Source: an uncultured Candidatus Saccharibacteria bacterium (GTDB lineage: Bacteria; Patescibacteriota; Minisyncoccia; Phycocordibacterales; CSBR16-119). Taken from it: DNA of 62,877 bases. A program made the translations under genes and the position numbers. The stretch is from positions 1 through 62,877 of the forward strand of contig CAZZCB010000003.1 of the NCBI GenBank assembly GCA_964652835.1, in the 5' to 3' direction. Positions 26,631 through 34,448 of this stretch are shown here, one piece after another. Every line of letters starts with the position of its first letter. Position 1 is the stretch's first letter. Below the pieces are notes generated by a model. That model was not told the origin of the DNA, searched no databases, and saw nothing but the letters and a program-made list of their open reading frames with translations.

Positions 26631-27632
26631 ATGGATCCTGAATTAATTAAAAAATTACCTCATCGTAATGAGGGTGGATCATTTAAAATTGGAGAAGAAG
26701 GAGATGGAAACTTATCCGATATGATTCCACTTGAGGGATATGGGATGGTTATTGTTACCAGAAAGAGTGTCTGGAGAATAATGTTGGCTGACAATATCGA
26801 CCCACAAAGAAATAATGCAAATATTCCTCGTCAGGTGCAGGAACGTCTTTTGTCGTACGGCTCAGACGATCCCATTGTCGGAAGAACACTCCTTCAAGGA
26901 AAGGAACTTCTTCTTGAACATCTTCCAAATACCATAGACAAATATCAGGGTATGCAACTTGTTTTGGCTTTTACTAAAGAGCTTGCCGCGATGAATGATG
27001 AACTAAAGAAGCTTCGTGAGGAATACACAGAAATACAAGATCGCTTCAATGGAAGCATTAGAGATGACGGATCGTTTGTCCTGCCTGTATTAAAGAATCT
27101 TGAACGAAGATCAAAAGAGATTATTCAAAATATAGATCACATGGGAGGGGTTGTTATTGATATTGCAAAACTATTTCCCATTAAAACGCCTCAGAAAAAT
27201 CCGTTAGGAAAACTTATTGAACAAACTGAACAAAAGTTTGGAAATGAGCATGCGGTCACAAAGGCAATTTCTGAACTAAACAAAAAAGCGGGATGGTGGA
27301 GATTTCTTCGTAATGACATGGAACACCCTAGTGATTCTGGTAGGGTTGTTTTTGAAAATTACAAGATGACAGATTCTGCAAAAATAGAAATGCCTCTTAT
27401 AAAACACTCCCGGGAAAGCAGTCCTTTTCAATCAATCGATTTAATAAAATTTATTGTCGAATCTCAAGGAGAAATCATTGATCTTTTTGAAACTACCCTT
27501 GTTCTTCTTTGTGATTCAAATACTGAGAATTTTGCGGGAGACAAGGTCTTTGTGAGAAATGTTTTAGACTCAGAACGAACTGAAACAAACCCCTATATGA
27601 ATTATAAATACGATATTCATTGGACTAAGTAG
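26631..27632 (+). CDS. Hypothetical protein (333 aa), no recognisable domain
   Basis: Long clean ORF with its own terminator. Confidence 0.7.
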   Translation: MDPELIKKLPHRNEGGSFKIGEEGDGNLSDMIPLEGYGMVIVTRKSVWRIMLADNIDPQRNNANIPRQVQERLLSYGSDDPIVGRTLLQGKELLLEHLPNTIDKYQGMQLVLAFTKELAAMNDELKKLREEYTEIQDRFNGSIRDDGSFVLPVLKNLERRSKEIIQNIDHMGGVVIDIAKLFPIKTPQKNPLGKLIEQTEQKFGNEHAVTKAISELNKKAGWWRFLRNDMEHPSDSGRVVFENYKMTDSAKIEMPLIKHSRESSPFQSIDLIKFIVESQGEIIDLFETTLVLLCDSNTENFAGDKVFVRNVLDSERTETNPYMNYKYDIHWTK

Positions 27633-27664
27633 TAAGAATAACTGGTTTATTTATAGACAAAACA

Positions 27665-27691
27665 AAAAATCACCCCGAATGGGTGATTTTT
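27665..27691 (+). terminator. Rho-independent terminator
   Basis: aaaaatcaccc-gaat-gggtgattttt. Confidence 0.7.
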
Positions 27692-27734
27692 GTTTTTGAT
27701 GACGCGGACAGGTCGCTTTCACTAAAATAATCTG

Positions 27735-28044
27735 CTCCCCGAGTAGGGATCGAACCTACGACCAATCGATTACATTTACCCTAAAATTACTTAAAGGAAT
27801 GGACTATATCATCACCGTGTTCCAAATGGAATTTAGGTGCAAGGCGCTTCGGTCTTGAATTTCAAGATCTACTCCATAAAGGATAGTCTCTGAACCTTCC
27901 TCAACCTTTGAGGCTTGGCTGCTGATTACCCGCCATGTTAATGGTTTGGGCTTCCAGGCAATTCACCTTGTTTTTCATCCCTTCGTTTCCGGAGGGAGCT
28001 GCAATATCTTACAGTCGATTGCTCTACCGCTGAGCTATCGGGGA
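27735..28044 (-). tRNA. tRNA-Asn(GUU) interrupted by a group I intron (exons 28044..28011 and 27772..27735)
   Basis: Minus-strand exons UCCCCGA-UA-GCUC-AGCGGUA-GAGC-A-AUCGA-CUGU | UAA-UCGAU-UGGUC-GUAGG-UUCGAUC-CCUAC-UCGGGGA-G form a perfect cloverleaf. Anticodon loop CUGUUAA, U1-A72 and discriminator G as in bacterial tRNA-Asn. No encoded CCA. Confidence 0.8.
27773..28010 (-). ncRNA. Group I intron (IC3-like, 238 nt) in the anticodon loop
   Basis: P1: exon CUGU pairs with intron GCAG 8 nt downstream, giving U.G at the 5' splice site. Intron ends ..AAAUG (omega-G). Core UUCAGAGACUA and AGCCAAGC..GAAGGU, plus CCGGAAACGAAGGGAUG, resemble the Azoarcus/Anabaena tRNA introns as I remember them. 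Confidence 0.7.
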
Positions 28045-28280
28045 ATGTTTAGTTTTTTAATCTGGTTTCGTCCAGACGCCGACTTATAATATTTTTCTCT
28101 TTTTCTTGCCTCGGATAAATTCTGGAACTCTTCAGAATAAATTATTGCCCAAGGTTTAAACTTTGAAGTGAAAGTCGACTTCCCAGAATTATGTTCTGAC
28201 AACCTCTTTTCTAAATTAAGAGTACTACCTACATAGGTTTTATCGTAATTTTTACTTTTGAGGATATATACAAAAGGCAT
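28035..28280 (-). CDS. GIY-YIG nuclease family protein (81 aa)
   Basis: FVYILKSKNYDKTYVGSTLNLEKRLSEHN (GIY..YVG..R..H.N motifs); last 3 codons plus stop overlap the tRNA-Asn 5' end. Confidence 0.85.
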   Translation of the reverse strand: MPFVYILKSKNYDKTYVGSTLNLEKRLSEHNSGKSTFTSKFKPWAIIYSEEFQNLSEARKREKYYKSASGRNQIKKLNIPR

Positions 28281-28281
28281 A

Positions 28282-28338
28282 ACGCTGAGCTACCCGCCTC
28301 GCGTCGACGAGCTTGCGAGTCGAGGCGAGGCGGGGAAT
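28282..28338 (-). repeat. Partial duplicate of the tRNA-Asn 5' end, interrupted by a GC-rich hairpin
   Basis: cgctgagcta (28283-28292) and cggggaat (28331-28338) repeat 28028-28037 and 28039-28046; between them lies cccgcctcgc...gcgaggcggg (10-bp stem). Confidence 0.6.
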
Positions 28339-28398
28339 ATTTGGTTTTCAAAGCGTATCTAAAAGATACAAACAGAATATTACCAAAAAAATGGTAAA

Positions 28399-28632
28399 AT
28401 GCCAATACCTATGTATATCAGAGTAAAAGTCTTAGCTGGGGTCAAAAAAGAGCTTGTAAAAAGCTTGGGTGAAAACAGGCTGGAAATACACGTTAAAGAG
28501 CCTGCGGAAGCTAATATGGCCAATAAGAGGGTAATAGAGCTTGTCTCGGAAAGGCTCGGCATATCGGTTAAAAAGGTAAAAATAATAAACGGACACCATC
28601 ATCCAGTTAAACTTTTGTCTGTTGAAATCTAG
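28399..28632 (+). CDS. DUF167 (YggU-like) family protein
   Basis: 77 aa; ..VKEPAEANMANKRVIELVSERLGISVKKVKIINGHHHPVKLL pattern. Confidence 0.75.
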   Translation: MPIPMYIRVKVLAGVKKELVKSLGENRLEIHVKEPAEANMANKRVIELVSERLGISVKKVKIINGHHHPVKLLSVEI

Positions 28633-28713
28633 ATTTTTGGATGTGGTAAAATAGATATAGAAGCATTATTTTTAGTTTGATGCGTGGCCTAAAAATCCGC
28701 CATCTAAAAAAGT

Positions 28714-29103
28714 ATGAATATAAATATCAAAGCAACAAACATGGACCTAACAGACACTCTAAGAGATTATGTTCATTCGAAAATAGGAGCGCTGGAAAAA
28801 ATCATCGGAAGCTCTGAAGACATAAATGTTTTTGTTGAAATCGGAAAAGAATCAAATCACCACAATAAAGGAGAAGTTTATATGGCTGAAGTCAGAACTC
28901 GTATTTCTGCAAAAGACTATTACATTAAAAAATTTGAATCAAATTTGTATGCCGCTATCGATGCCGTGAAAGATGATTTGATCAGAGATGTAAAAGTAGA
29001 TAAAAAAAGAGGGGAGACACTCTTCAGACGAGGCGCTCGAAGTTTAAAAAAGAGAATAAAAGGAATGAAACCTTGGTGGCCGTTTGGAGGAAAAGAAGAT
29101 TAA
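28714..29103 (+). CDS. hpf: Ribosome hibernation promoting factor / RaiA family
   Basis: MNINIKATNMDLTDTLRDYVHSKIGALEK ... LYAAIDAVKDDL pattern. Confidence 0.9.
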   Translation: MNINIKATNMDLTDTLRDYVHSKIGALEKIIGSSEDINVFVEIGKESNHHNKGEVYMAEVRTRISAKDYYIKKFESNLYAAIDAVKDDLIRDVKVDKKRGETLFRRGARSLKKRIKGMKPWWPFGGKED

Positions 29104-29124
29104 TTATTATTTAAGTTTGAAATT

Positions 29125-29694
29125 ATGAAGAAATTTTGGTTAATCGCAATACTTATTATTATCGTAGCAGTCGCTTATATTTTTTTGAAAACACCTATGG
29201 AAAGAGAAACATTTATCATGAAGACGAATATGGGGGACATTACTATCGAGTTGTTTAATGACGATCGTCCGCTTACTGCTGGAAATTTCTCTAAGCTTTC
29301 AAAAGAAGGTTTTTATGACGGAGTGAAATTTCACAGAGTTATCGAAGGCTTTATGATTCAAGGAGGTGATCCACTTTCAAAAGATGACACACAGAGAGAT
29401 TACTGGGGAACTGGTGGACCGGGGTATAAGATAAAAGATGAGTTAGAAGCTCCAAATGAAAACTTGCGCGGAACACTTTCGATGGCGAACGCAGGTCCGA
29501 ACACTGGAGGAAGTCAGTTTTTTATAAACTTGGTTGATAATAGTCCGTTAGATTCTAGACACTCAGTTTTTGGAAAGGTTGTGGCTGGGATGGACGTGGT
29601 TGATGCTATCGGAGCTGTAGAAGTAGAAGCGATGGAAAATCACAAGCCTTTAAGGAATGTAGTGATAGAGTCGATGGTTTTGGTTACGGAGTAA
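29125..29694 (+). CDS. Peptidyl-prolyl cis-trans isomerase (cyclophilin type), membrane anchored
   Basis: FHRVIEGFMIQGGDP; LSMANAGPNTGGSQFFI. Confidence 0.93.
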   Translation: MKKFWLIAILIIIVAVAYIFLKTPMERETFIMKTNMGDITIELFNDDRPLTAGNFSKLSKEGFYDGVKFHRVIEGFMIQGGDPLSKDDTQRDYWGTGGPGYKIKDELEAPNENLRGTLSMANAGPNTGGSQFFINLVDNSPLDSRHSVFGKVVAGMDVVDAIGAVEVEAMENHKPLRNVVIESMVLVTE

Positions 29695-29730
29695 TCTAAG
29701 TTAAAAGATTTTGAGTTTGAGAAAAAAAGA

Positions 29731-29760
29731 AGCCCTGGGCGCCTTACGGCGCCCAGGGCT
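29731..29760. terminator. Bidirectional terminator
   Basis: agccctgggcgcc-ttac-ggcgcccagggct. Confidence 0.75.
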
Positions 29761-29787
29761 TTGGTGGTTTGTCCACAATACGCTAGT

Positions 29788-30081
29788 TCAATAGCTATGG
29801 TGCAGAGTACTGTTGAGGAATTCAAGTATTGCATCGCGTTCCCCTCTTGGTTTTCCTTGCAGTTCCTTCATCAGTCTCTTTCCACCGTGGATAGATTTTT
29901 CCACACTGGCCTTCATTTGCTTTGTTCTCACATCACACGTTTCAAGGCCTGTAGATGCTTCTTGCTTGCAATAGGTGCATTTCTTGGAGCGAGGTTCTAT
30001 GTTGTGGAGCTCTTGTTTCCTTAAGTATCCACGGAGAATGTCGATGTTTGACTTGATTCGGCCTAGTCTTTTGTCGTTCAT
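29788..30081 (-). CDS. Hypothetical basic protein (97 aa), higher-GC orphan
   Basis: More protein-like than the overlapping + strand ORF 29761..30024; bracketed by two terminators. Confidence 0.4.
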   Translation of the reverse strand: MNDKRLGRIKSNIDILRGYLRKQELHNIEPRSKKCTYCKQEASTGLETCDVRTKQMKASVEKSIHGGKRLMKELQGKPRGERDAILEFLNSTLHHSY

Positions 30082-30136
30082 TTGCGTAAAGAGTTGGTTC
30101 CACGAAACAATAAATCAAAGTGCTTATTATGTCAAG

Positions 30137-30172
30137 AAAAAGAAATCTCGCTTATAGCGAGATTTCTTTTTT
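30137..30172. terminator. Hairpin (11-bp stem) overlapping the fmt stop codon
   Basis: agaaatctcgc-ttata-gcgagatttct flanked by A and T tracts. Confidence 0.5.
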
Positions 30173-30976
30173 ACCTTCAGGGATTATTTTTTTGATTATG
30201 AATTTTCCGTTTTCAAAAGTCGCCCCAGTCACCTTGTTTCTTTTACCGTTTTCATTAAAATAAAATATTCCAGGCCAGCCAAAGTATCCGCGATATTTTA
30301 GCCATTTACTTTCGTCAGAATCAGTTAGTTTTATTTCTCCATCAGCTTTACTTATCTTTTTACAATGAGTTGCCTTAGACTCGTCTTGCTCTGTTAGCAC
30401 GATTTTCCCTTCAAAATAACCCGGAAGTATTTTAGTTAAAAGCTCAGCGCCGATTTCTGTAAGTTTATCTTTTAGCTCTGGTGTGGTTATTTGGTTATCA
30501 AGTAAAAATTTTTCTACCGCCACAATCGGTCCAGCATCTAGCTTGAACACAAGTTTTTGTATTGTTACGCCAGTTTCTTTTTGACCTGAAAGGATGGATT
30601 GCTCTACAGGAGAAGCTCCGCGAAACTCGGGAAGTACCGAATAGTGAATGTTTAAAAATCCTTTTGGAAGAGAATCGATAACTTTTTGCGGGATAATATG
30701 TCCGTATGCGACGACGATACCAAGATCTGCGCCACTTAGTTTTATTTCTTCGAGAGTGTCTTCACCTAGCTTTTCTGGAGTTATAACTTTTAATCCATTT
30801 TCGAGCGCAAAAGATTTCACCGCTGAAGGAGTCAGGATTTGTTTTCTTCCAACCGGTTTGTCGGGAGAAGTTATAACCAAAGGGATTTCATAACCGGCTT
30901 TCAGAAGCGATTTTAAAATTGTCACCGAAAGCTCTGGTGTTCCTAGGAAAATTATTTTTTTGGAATTATCGTCCAT
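30152..30976 (-). CDS. fmt: Methionyl-tRNA formyltransferase (short form)
   Basis: IIFLGTPELSV; LNIHYSVLPEFRGASPVEQSIL. Confidence 0.9.
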   Translation of the reverse strand: MDDNSKKIIFLGTPELSVTILKSLLKAGYEIPLVITSPDKPVGRKQILTPSAVKSFALENGLKVITPEKLGEDTLEEIKLSGADLGIVVAYGHIIPQKVIDSLPKGFLNIHYSVLPEFRGASPVEQSILSGQKETGVTIQKLVFKLDAGPIVAVEKFLLDNQITTPELKDKLTEIGAELLTKILPGYFEGKIVLTEQDESKATHCKKISKADGEIKLTDSDESKWLKYRGYFGWPGIFYFNENGKRNKVTGATFENGKFIIKKIIPEGKKEISL

Positions 30977-31241
30977 GGATGTATTGTTCGATGTTTAGCC
31001 ATCTTAAGATATCTCCGATAAGAGGGACGTTTTCAAAAGTTTTGAAAACCCACACAAGTATGGTGATTATTACCGCTGCGATTATTGTCGCACCCAGAGT
31101 TGTCCCGACGCCAACAAACAGTCCTTTTATAAAGGAATTTTTTCGAGAATTTGTTTCTTCTATTTCTTGAGTTAATATTTCAAGATTCTCGTTTAGCTCT
31201 TCTATCTGATCTTTATTTTGATCTTCCATATTATTTGTCAT
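30966..31241 (-). CDS. Small membrane protein (91 aa)
   Basis: Acidic N-terminus, one or two TM segments (GLFVGVGTTLGATIIAAVIITILVWVF); overlaps def and fmt by 11 nt each. Confidence 0.6.
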   Translation of the reverse strand: MTNNMEDQNKDQIEELNENLEILTQEIEETNSRKNSFIKGLFVGVGTTLGATIIAAVIITILVWVFKTFENVPLIGDILRWLNIEQYIHGR

Positions 31242-31761
31242 TTATTTTTTCTTCAGGTATTTCTTTTATAACAGATGCTTTGTCAATAAAAAGTATACCA
31301 TCTAAATGGTCGATCTCGTGTTGGAAAATCCGAGCCAAAAGTCCTCCAGCGCCACGAACTATTTTTTCACCTTTTTCGTTTAGCGCTTCCAGGCTTACAT
31401 TTTTAGGTCTTTTGACTAATCCATAAACTCCACGGATAGAAAGACATCCTTCTTCCATTTCTTCTGTCTTTACAGAAAACTTAGTTATTTTTGGATTTAT
31501 AAAATATATATGTTCGTAAAACTTTTTTTCTGGTTCTCCAGCCAAATAGTCTTCGTCAAATATTTTTGTAGAAACGGCAAAGACTCTTTTTGTCACGCCT
31601 ATCTGTGGCGCAGAAATAGCTACTCCGTCGTCTTGAGAACGTAGAGCTTCACTTAAATCTTTTAGAATTTGTTTTGTTTCTGGAGAGTCTATTTCTAGTA
31701 CTGAAATAGGTTCGCAAACGGTCCGCAGTCTTTCATCTCCAATTTGTATGATTTTAACCAT
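31231..31761 (-). CDS. def: Peptide deformylase
   Basis: GVAISAPQIG; EGCLSI; QHEIDHLDG. Confidence 0.93.
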   Translation of the reverse strand: MVKIIQIGDERLRTVCEPISVLEIDSPETKQILKDLSEALRSQDDGVAISAPQIGVTKRVFAVSTKIFDEDYLAGEPEKKFYEHIYFINPKITKFSVKTEEMEEGCLSIRGVYGLVKRPKNVSLEALNEKGEKIVRGAGGLLARIFQHEIDHLDGILFIDKASVIKEIPEEKINDK

Positions 31762-31771
31762 GATCTATAAA

Positions 31772-33100
31772 TTATAGACTTTTCAGGTGTTTTGCAAGCT
31801 TTTCAATATCAACAGTTGTTTGAGATCTGTTCGCCATGTCTCGAACAAGAATCGTATTTTCCAAAGCTTCTTTTTGTCCGAAGATAAGAGTGTGAGGGAT
31901 TCCGCTTTTTTCAGCGATAGCGAGCTGAGAACCTAGGCTGTCTTTTGAAAGAGATTGTCTAACTGGGATTTTGTTTTGTCTTAGAATTTCTATAACACGA
32001 AGACTTTTCATTTTCGCTTCTGTTCCAAGTTGGATAAAGTAAACTTTCGCTTTTTTCTTAACTCTCGGTTTCGGAATATTTTTACTTGCTTCTACTATTC
32101 TGTCTACACCAAATCCAAACCCAACACCAGGAATTTCTTTTTTATATCCCATCGCTTTTGAAAGGTAGTCATATCTTCCCCCACCACCAAGAGCCAATCT
32201 TTTTGTGACTAAAGTTTCTCCAGCGTTTTCAGTTTCGCTTACTTCTGCATTTTCTTCTGTGGTAAAGAATTCAAAAACAGTGTGAGTGTAATAGTCGAGC
32301 CCTCGAACCAAAGTGTGGTCAAGTTCGTAGTCAACACCAAGTTCGTTCAAGTGTTCCATAACCTCCTTGAAGTGTTTTTTACTAGCACTGTTTAAGTAGC
32401 TGACAGATTGTGGAGCGTCGGCATTTATTTGAAGCAGGTTCGGATCTTTCGAATCAAGAATACGCAGAGGATTATCTTTAAGTCTCTGTCTGTCTGTTGC
32501 ATTCATTTTACCTAGGTGTTTTTTATAGTAGTTTACAAGCTCTTTTAGATAATCTTTTCTACTCTCTGCGTCTCCGATTGAGTTTATTTTAAGAGAAATA
32601 TTTTCTATTCCAGCTTCTTTAAGCATTAGAATTCCCATGTGAATAACCATCGCATCCATGATGCTTTTCGGACTTCCAATAACCTCTATACCAAAAGTAT
32701 AAAATTCTCGATAACGTCCTTTTTGTGGTTTGTCGTGTCTAAAAAGTGGACCACTGTAGTAAAGTTTTACTGGTTGTGGCTTGTTCTGCATTCCATGTTC
32801 AATATAAGCTCGCATCACAGCGGCTGTTCCTTCTGGGCGCATAACTAGTTTGTCGCCACCTTTTGTTTTTACAGAATACATTTCTTTGTCGACGATATCT
32901 GTGCCGTCGCCAACTCCTTTAGTGAAAATTTCTTCGTGTTCTAAAACCGGAGTTTGTATTGGTTTAAATCCGTAATACTCTGCAATCTCTTGAGCCTTTT
33001 CAAAAAAACCTTGGTAGTTGTAGTAGTCGTCGCCTGTGATGTCTCGCATTCCTTTTGGCGCTTGGAACAATTCTTCTTTACTAGTTTTTTTATCTGACAT
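31772..33100 (-). CDS. hisS: Histidine--tRNA ligase
   Basis: PKGMRD; MRPEGTAAVMRAY; GPLFRHDKPQKGRYREF; GGGRYD. Confidence 0.95.
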   Translation of the reverse strand: MSDKKTSKEELFQAPKGMRDITGDDYYNYQGFFEKAQEIAEYYGFKPIQTPVLEHEEIFTKGVGDGTDIVDKEMYSVKTKGGDKLVMRPEGTAAVMRAYIEHGMQNKPQPVKLYYSGPLFRHDKPQKGRYREFYTFGIEVIGSPKSIMDAMVIHMGILMLKEAGIENISLKINSIGDAESRKDYLKELVNYYKKHLGKMNATDRQRLKDNPLRILDSKDPNLLQINADAPQSVSYLNSASKKHFKEVMEHLNELGVDYELDHTLVRGLDYYTHTVFEFFTTEENAEVSETENAGETLVTKRLALGGGGRYDYLSKAMGYKKEIPGVGFGFGVDRIVEASKNIPKPRVKKKAKVYFIQLGTEAKMKSLRVIEILRQNKIPVRQSLSKDSLGSQLAIAEKSGIPHTLIFGQKEALENTILVRDMANRSQTTVDIEKLAKHLKSL

Positions 33101-33102
33101 AT

Positions 33103-33711
33103 TTATTCTGACTTTTCACTTAAATTATAATCATAATATCCTGGGTTTAGACCGAAAGATTTAAACGGTAACAATCTTACAAAAGCTTTCCCGATAATGT
33201 AATGTTCGTCTAGGTTACCCCAATATCTTGAATCAGAACTCGCAGCTCTGTTGTCTCCCATAACAAAGTACTCTGTTTCTCCAGTTTCTATTTTTAGATT
33301 ATTTTTACTTTCGTTTTCTACATATGGTTCAGAAAGATCGAGAGTTTCGCCTGTTTTTGTTTCAACAGAAACTTTTGATCCGTCGATAGTGATAGTTTCT
33401 CCTGGAAGACCGATTATTCTTTTAATAAAGAATTTTGTTGGGTCGTTTGGGTATCTGAAAACCACCACGTCACCTCTTTTTGGTTCGTGAAATTTATAAG
33501 TTACTTGGTCAACGATTAAATATTGGCTGTTTTGAAATGTCGGAACCATAGATGAACCACTGACGATAAAAGGTTGAGCGACAAAAGCTCGGATAGGCCA
33601 CACGATAACGAAAGCGATAATGGCAAATTTAATAGTTTCCCAAATTCCATTTTTGTTCTTAACCAAAGGAGAGACTTCTTTTTGTTCTTTTTCAAAATTT
33701 TCTAATTGCAT
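33103..33711 (-). CDS. lepB: Signal peptidase I
   Basis: SGSSMVPTF (Ser), KRIIGLPGE (Lys), GDNRAASSDSRYWG. Confidence 0.92.
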   Translation of the reverse strand: MQLENFEKEQKEVSPLVKNKNGIWETIKFAIIAFVIVWPIRAFVAQPFIVSGSSMVPTFQNSQYLIVDQVTYKFHEPKRGDVVVFRYPNDPTKFFIKRIIGLPGETITIDGSKVSVETKTGETLDLSEPYVENESKNNLKIETGETEYFVMGDNRAASSDSRYWGNLDEHYIIGKAFVRLLPFKSFGLNPGYYDYNLSEKSE

Positions 33712-33817
33712 AAGAGAATTGTAATATAAAAAACAGCTTGACGCAAATCTCTTTTATATACTTTAAATAGTAAAAGTAACAGGGGCACAGATTGTTATTT
33801 TATGGTAAAATATTTTT

Positions 33818-34411
33818 ATGTTTTTAATAGCAGGACTTGGAAATCCAGGAGAAAAATATCAAAAAACAAGACACAATGCCGGATTTTTGGTGTTAGATTT
33901 TCTGTATTCTGGTTTTGAAGGCGACAAATACGCCGATGCGAAAGTAAAAAAAGACACAATAGAAAGCAAGGAAGTTATTTTTGTAAAACCAGATACTTTT
34001 ATGAACGATTCTGGTAAGTCAGTTTCATACATTGCGGAAAAGTACGAAATTCCAAACGAAAATATTTTGGTTATTTACGATGATCTCGATTTACCTCTTG
34101 GCGAAGTCAGAGTTTCTTTTGATAGGGGAGATGGCGGACATAACGGTATAAAATCTATCGTATCGCAAATCGGGACGAAAGCTTTTACTCGTGTGCGTAT
34201 TGGTATCGCGCCGAAAGACGATGAGGGTAGAGCGATAAAACCAACAGGTGGATTTTTCACTCCGGCTTCTAAAGCCGTTTCAAACTTTGTTTTAAAAGAT
34301 TTTTCTGCGAGCGATTTAGAAAAGATAAAAGACCTTTCAGGAAAAGTAGAAAAGATAATAAAAACCTTTGTAAAGGAGGGAAGAGAGAAGGTGATGAATG
34401 AGTTTAATTAA
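33818..34411 (+). CDS. pth: Peptidyl-tRNA hydrolase
   Basis: LIAGLGNPGEKYQKTRHNAGF; DDLDLPLG; GGHNG. Confidence 0.95.
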   Translation: MFLIAGLGNPGEKYQKTRHNAGFLVLDFLYSGFEGDKYADAKVKKDTIESKEVIFVKPDTFMNDSGKSVSYIAEKYEIPNENILVIYDDLDLPLGEVRVSFDRGDGGHNGIKSIVSQIGTKAFTRVRIGIAPKDDEGRAIKPTGGFFTPASKAVSNFVLKDFSASDLEKIKDLSGKVEKIIKTFVKEGREKVMNEFN

Positions 34412-34415
34412 AAAT

Positions 34416-34442
34416 CAAAAAATCCCCTTGCGGGGATTTTTT
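34416..34442. terminator. Bidirectional terminator
   Basis: aaaaaatcccc-ttgc-ggggatttttt. Confidence 0.75.
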
Positions 34443-34448
34443 GATTTT

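Noticed and set aside
27765-28015. Alternative readings of the split tRNA as tRNA-Thr(UGU) or tRNA-Tyr(GUA)
   Set aside because: Thr would need an intron ending in A instead of G and conflicts with discriminator G. Tyr would need a long variable arm in bacteria, and this one has 5 nt. Asn(GUU) satisfies the U.G 5' splice site, the omega-G and the identity elements.
29761-30024. Plus-strand 87-aa ORF overlapping the minus-strand orphan
   Set aside because: Cys/Phe/Leu-rich composition, and it starts inside the terminator hairpin. The minus-strand ORF is preferred, though with low confidence.
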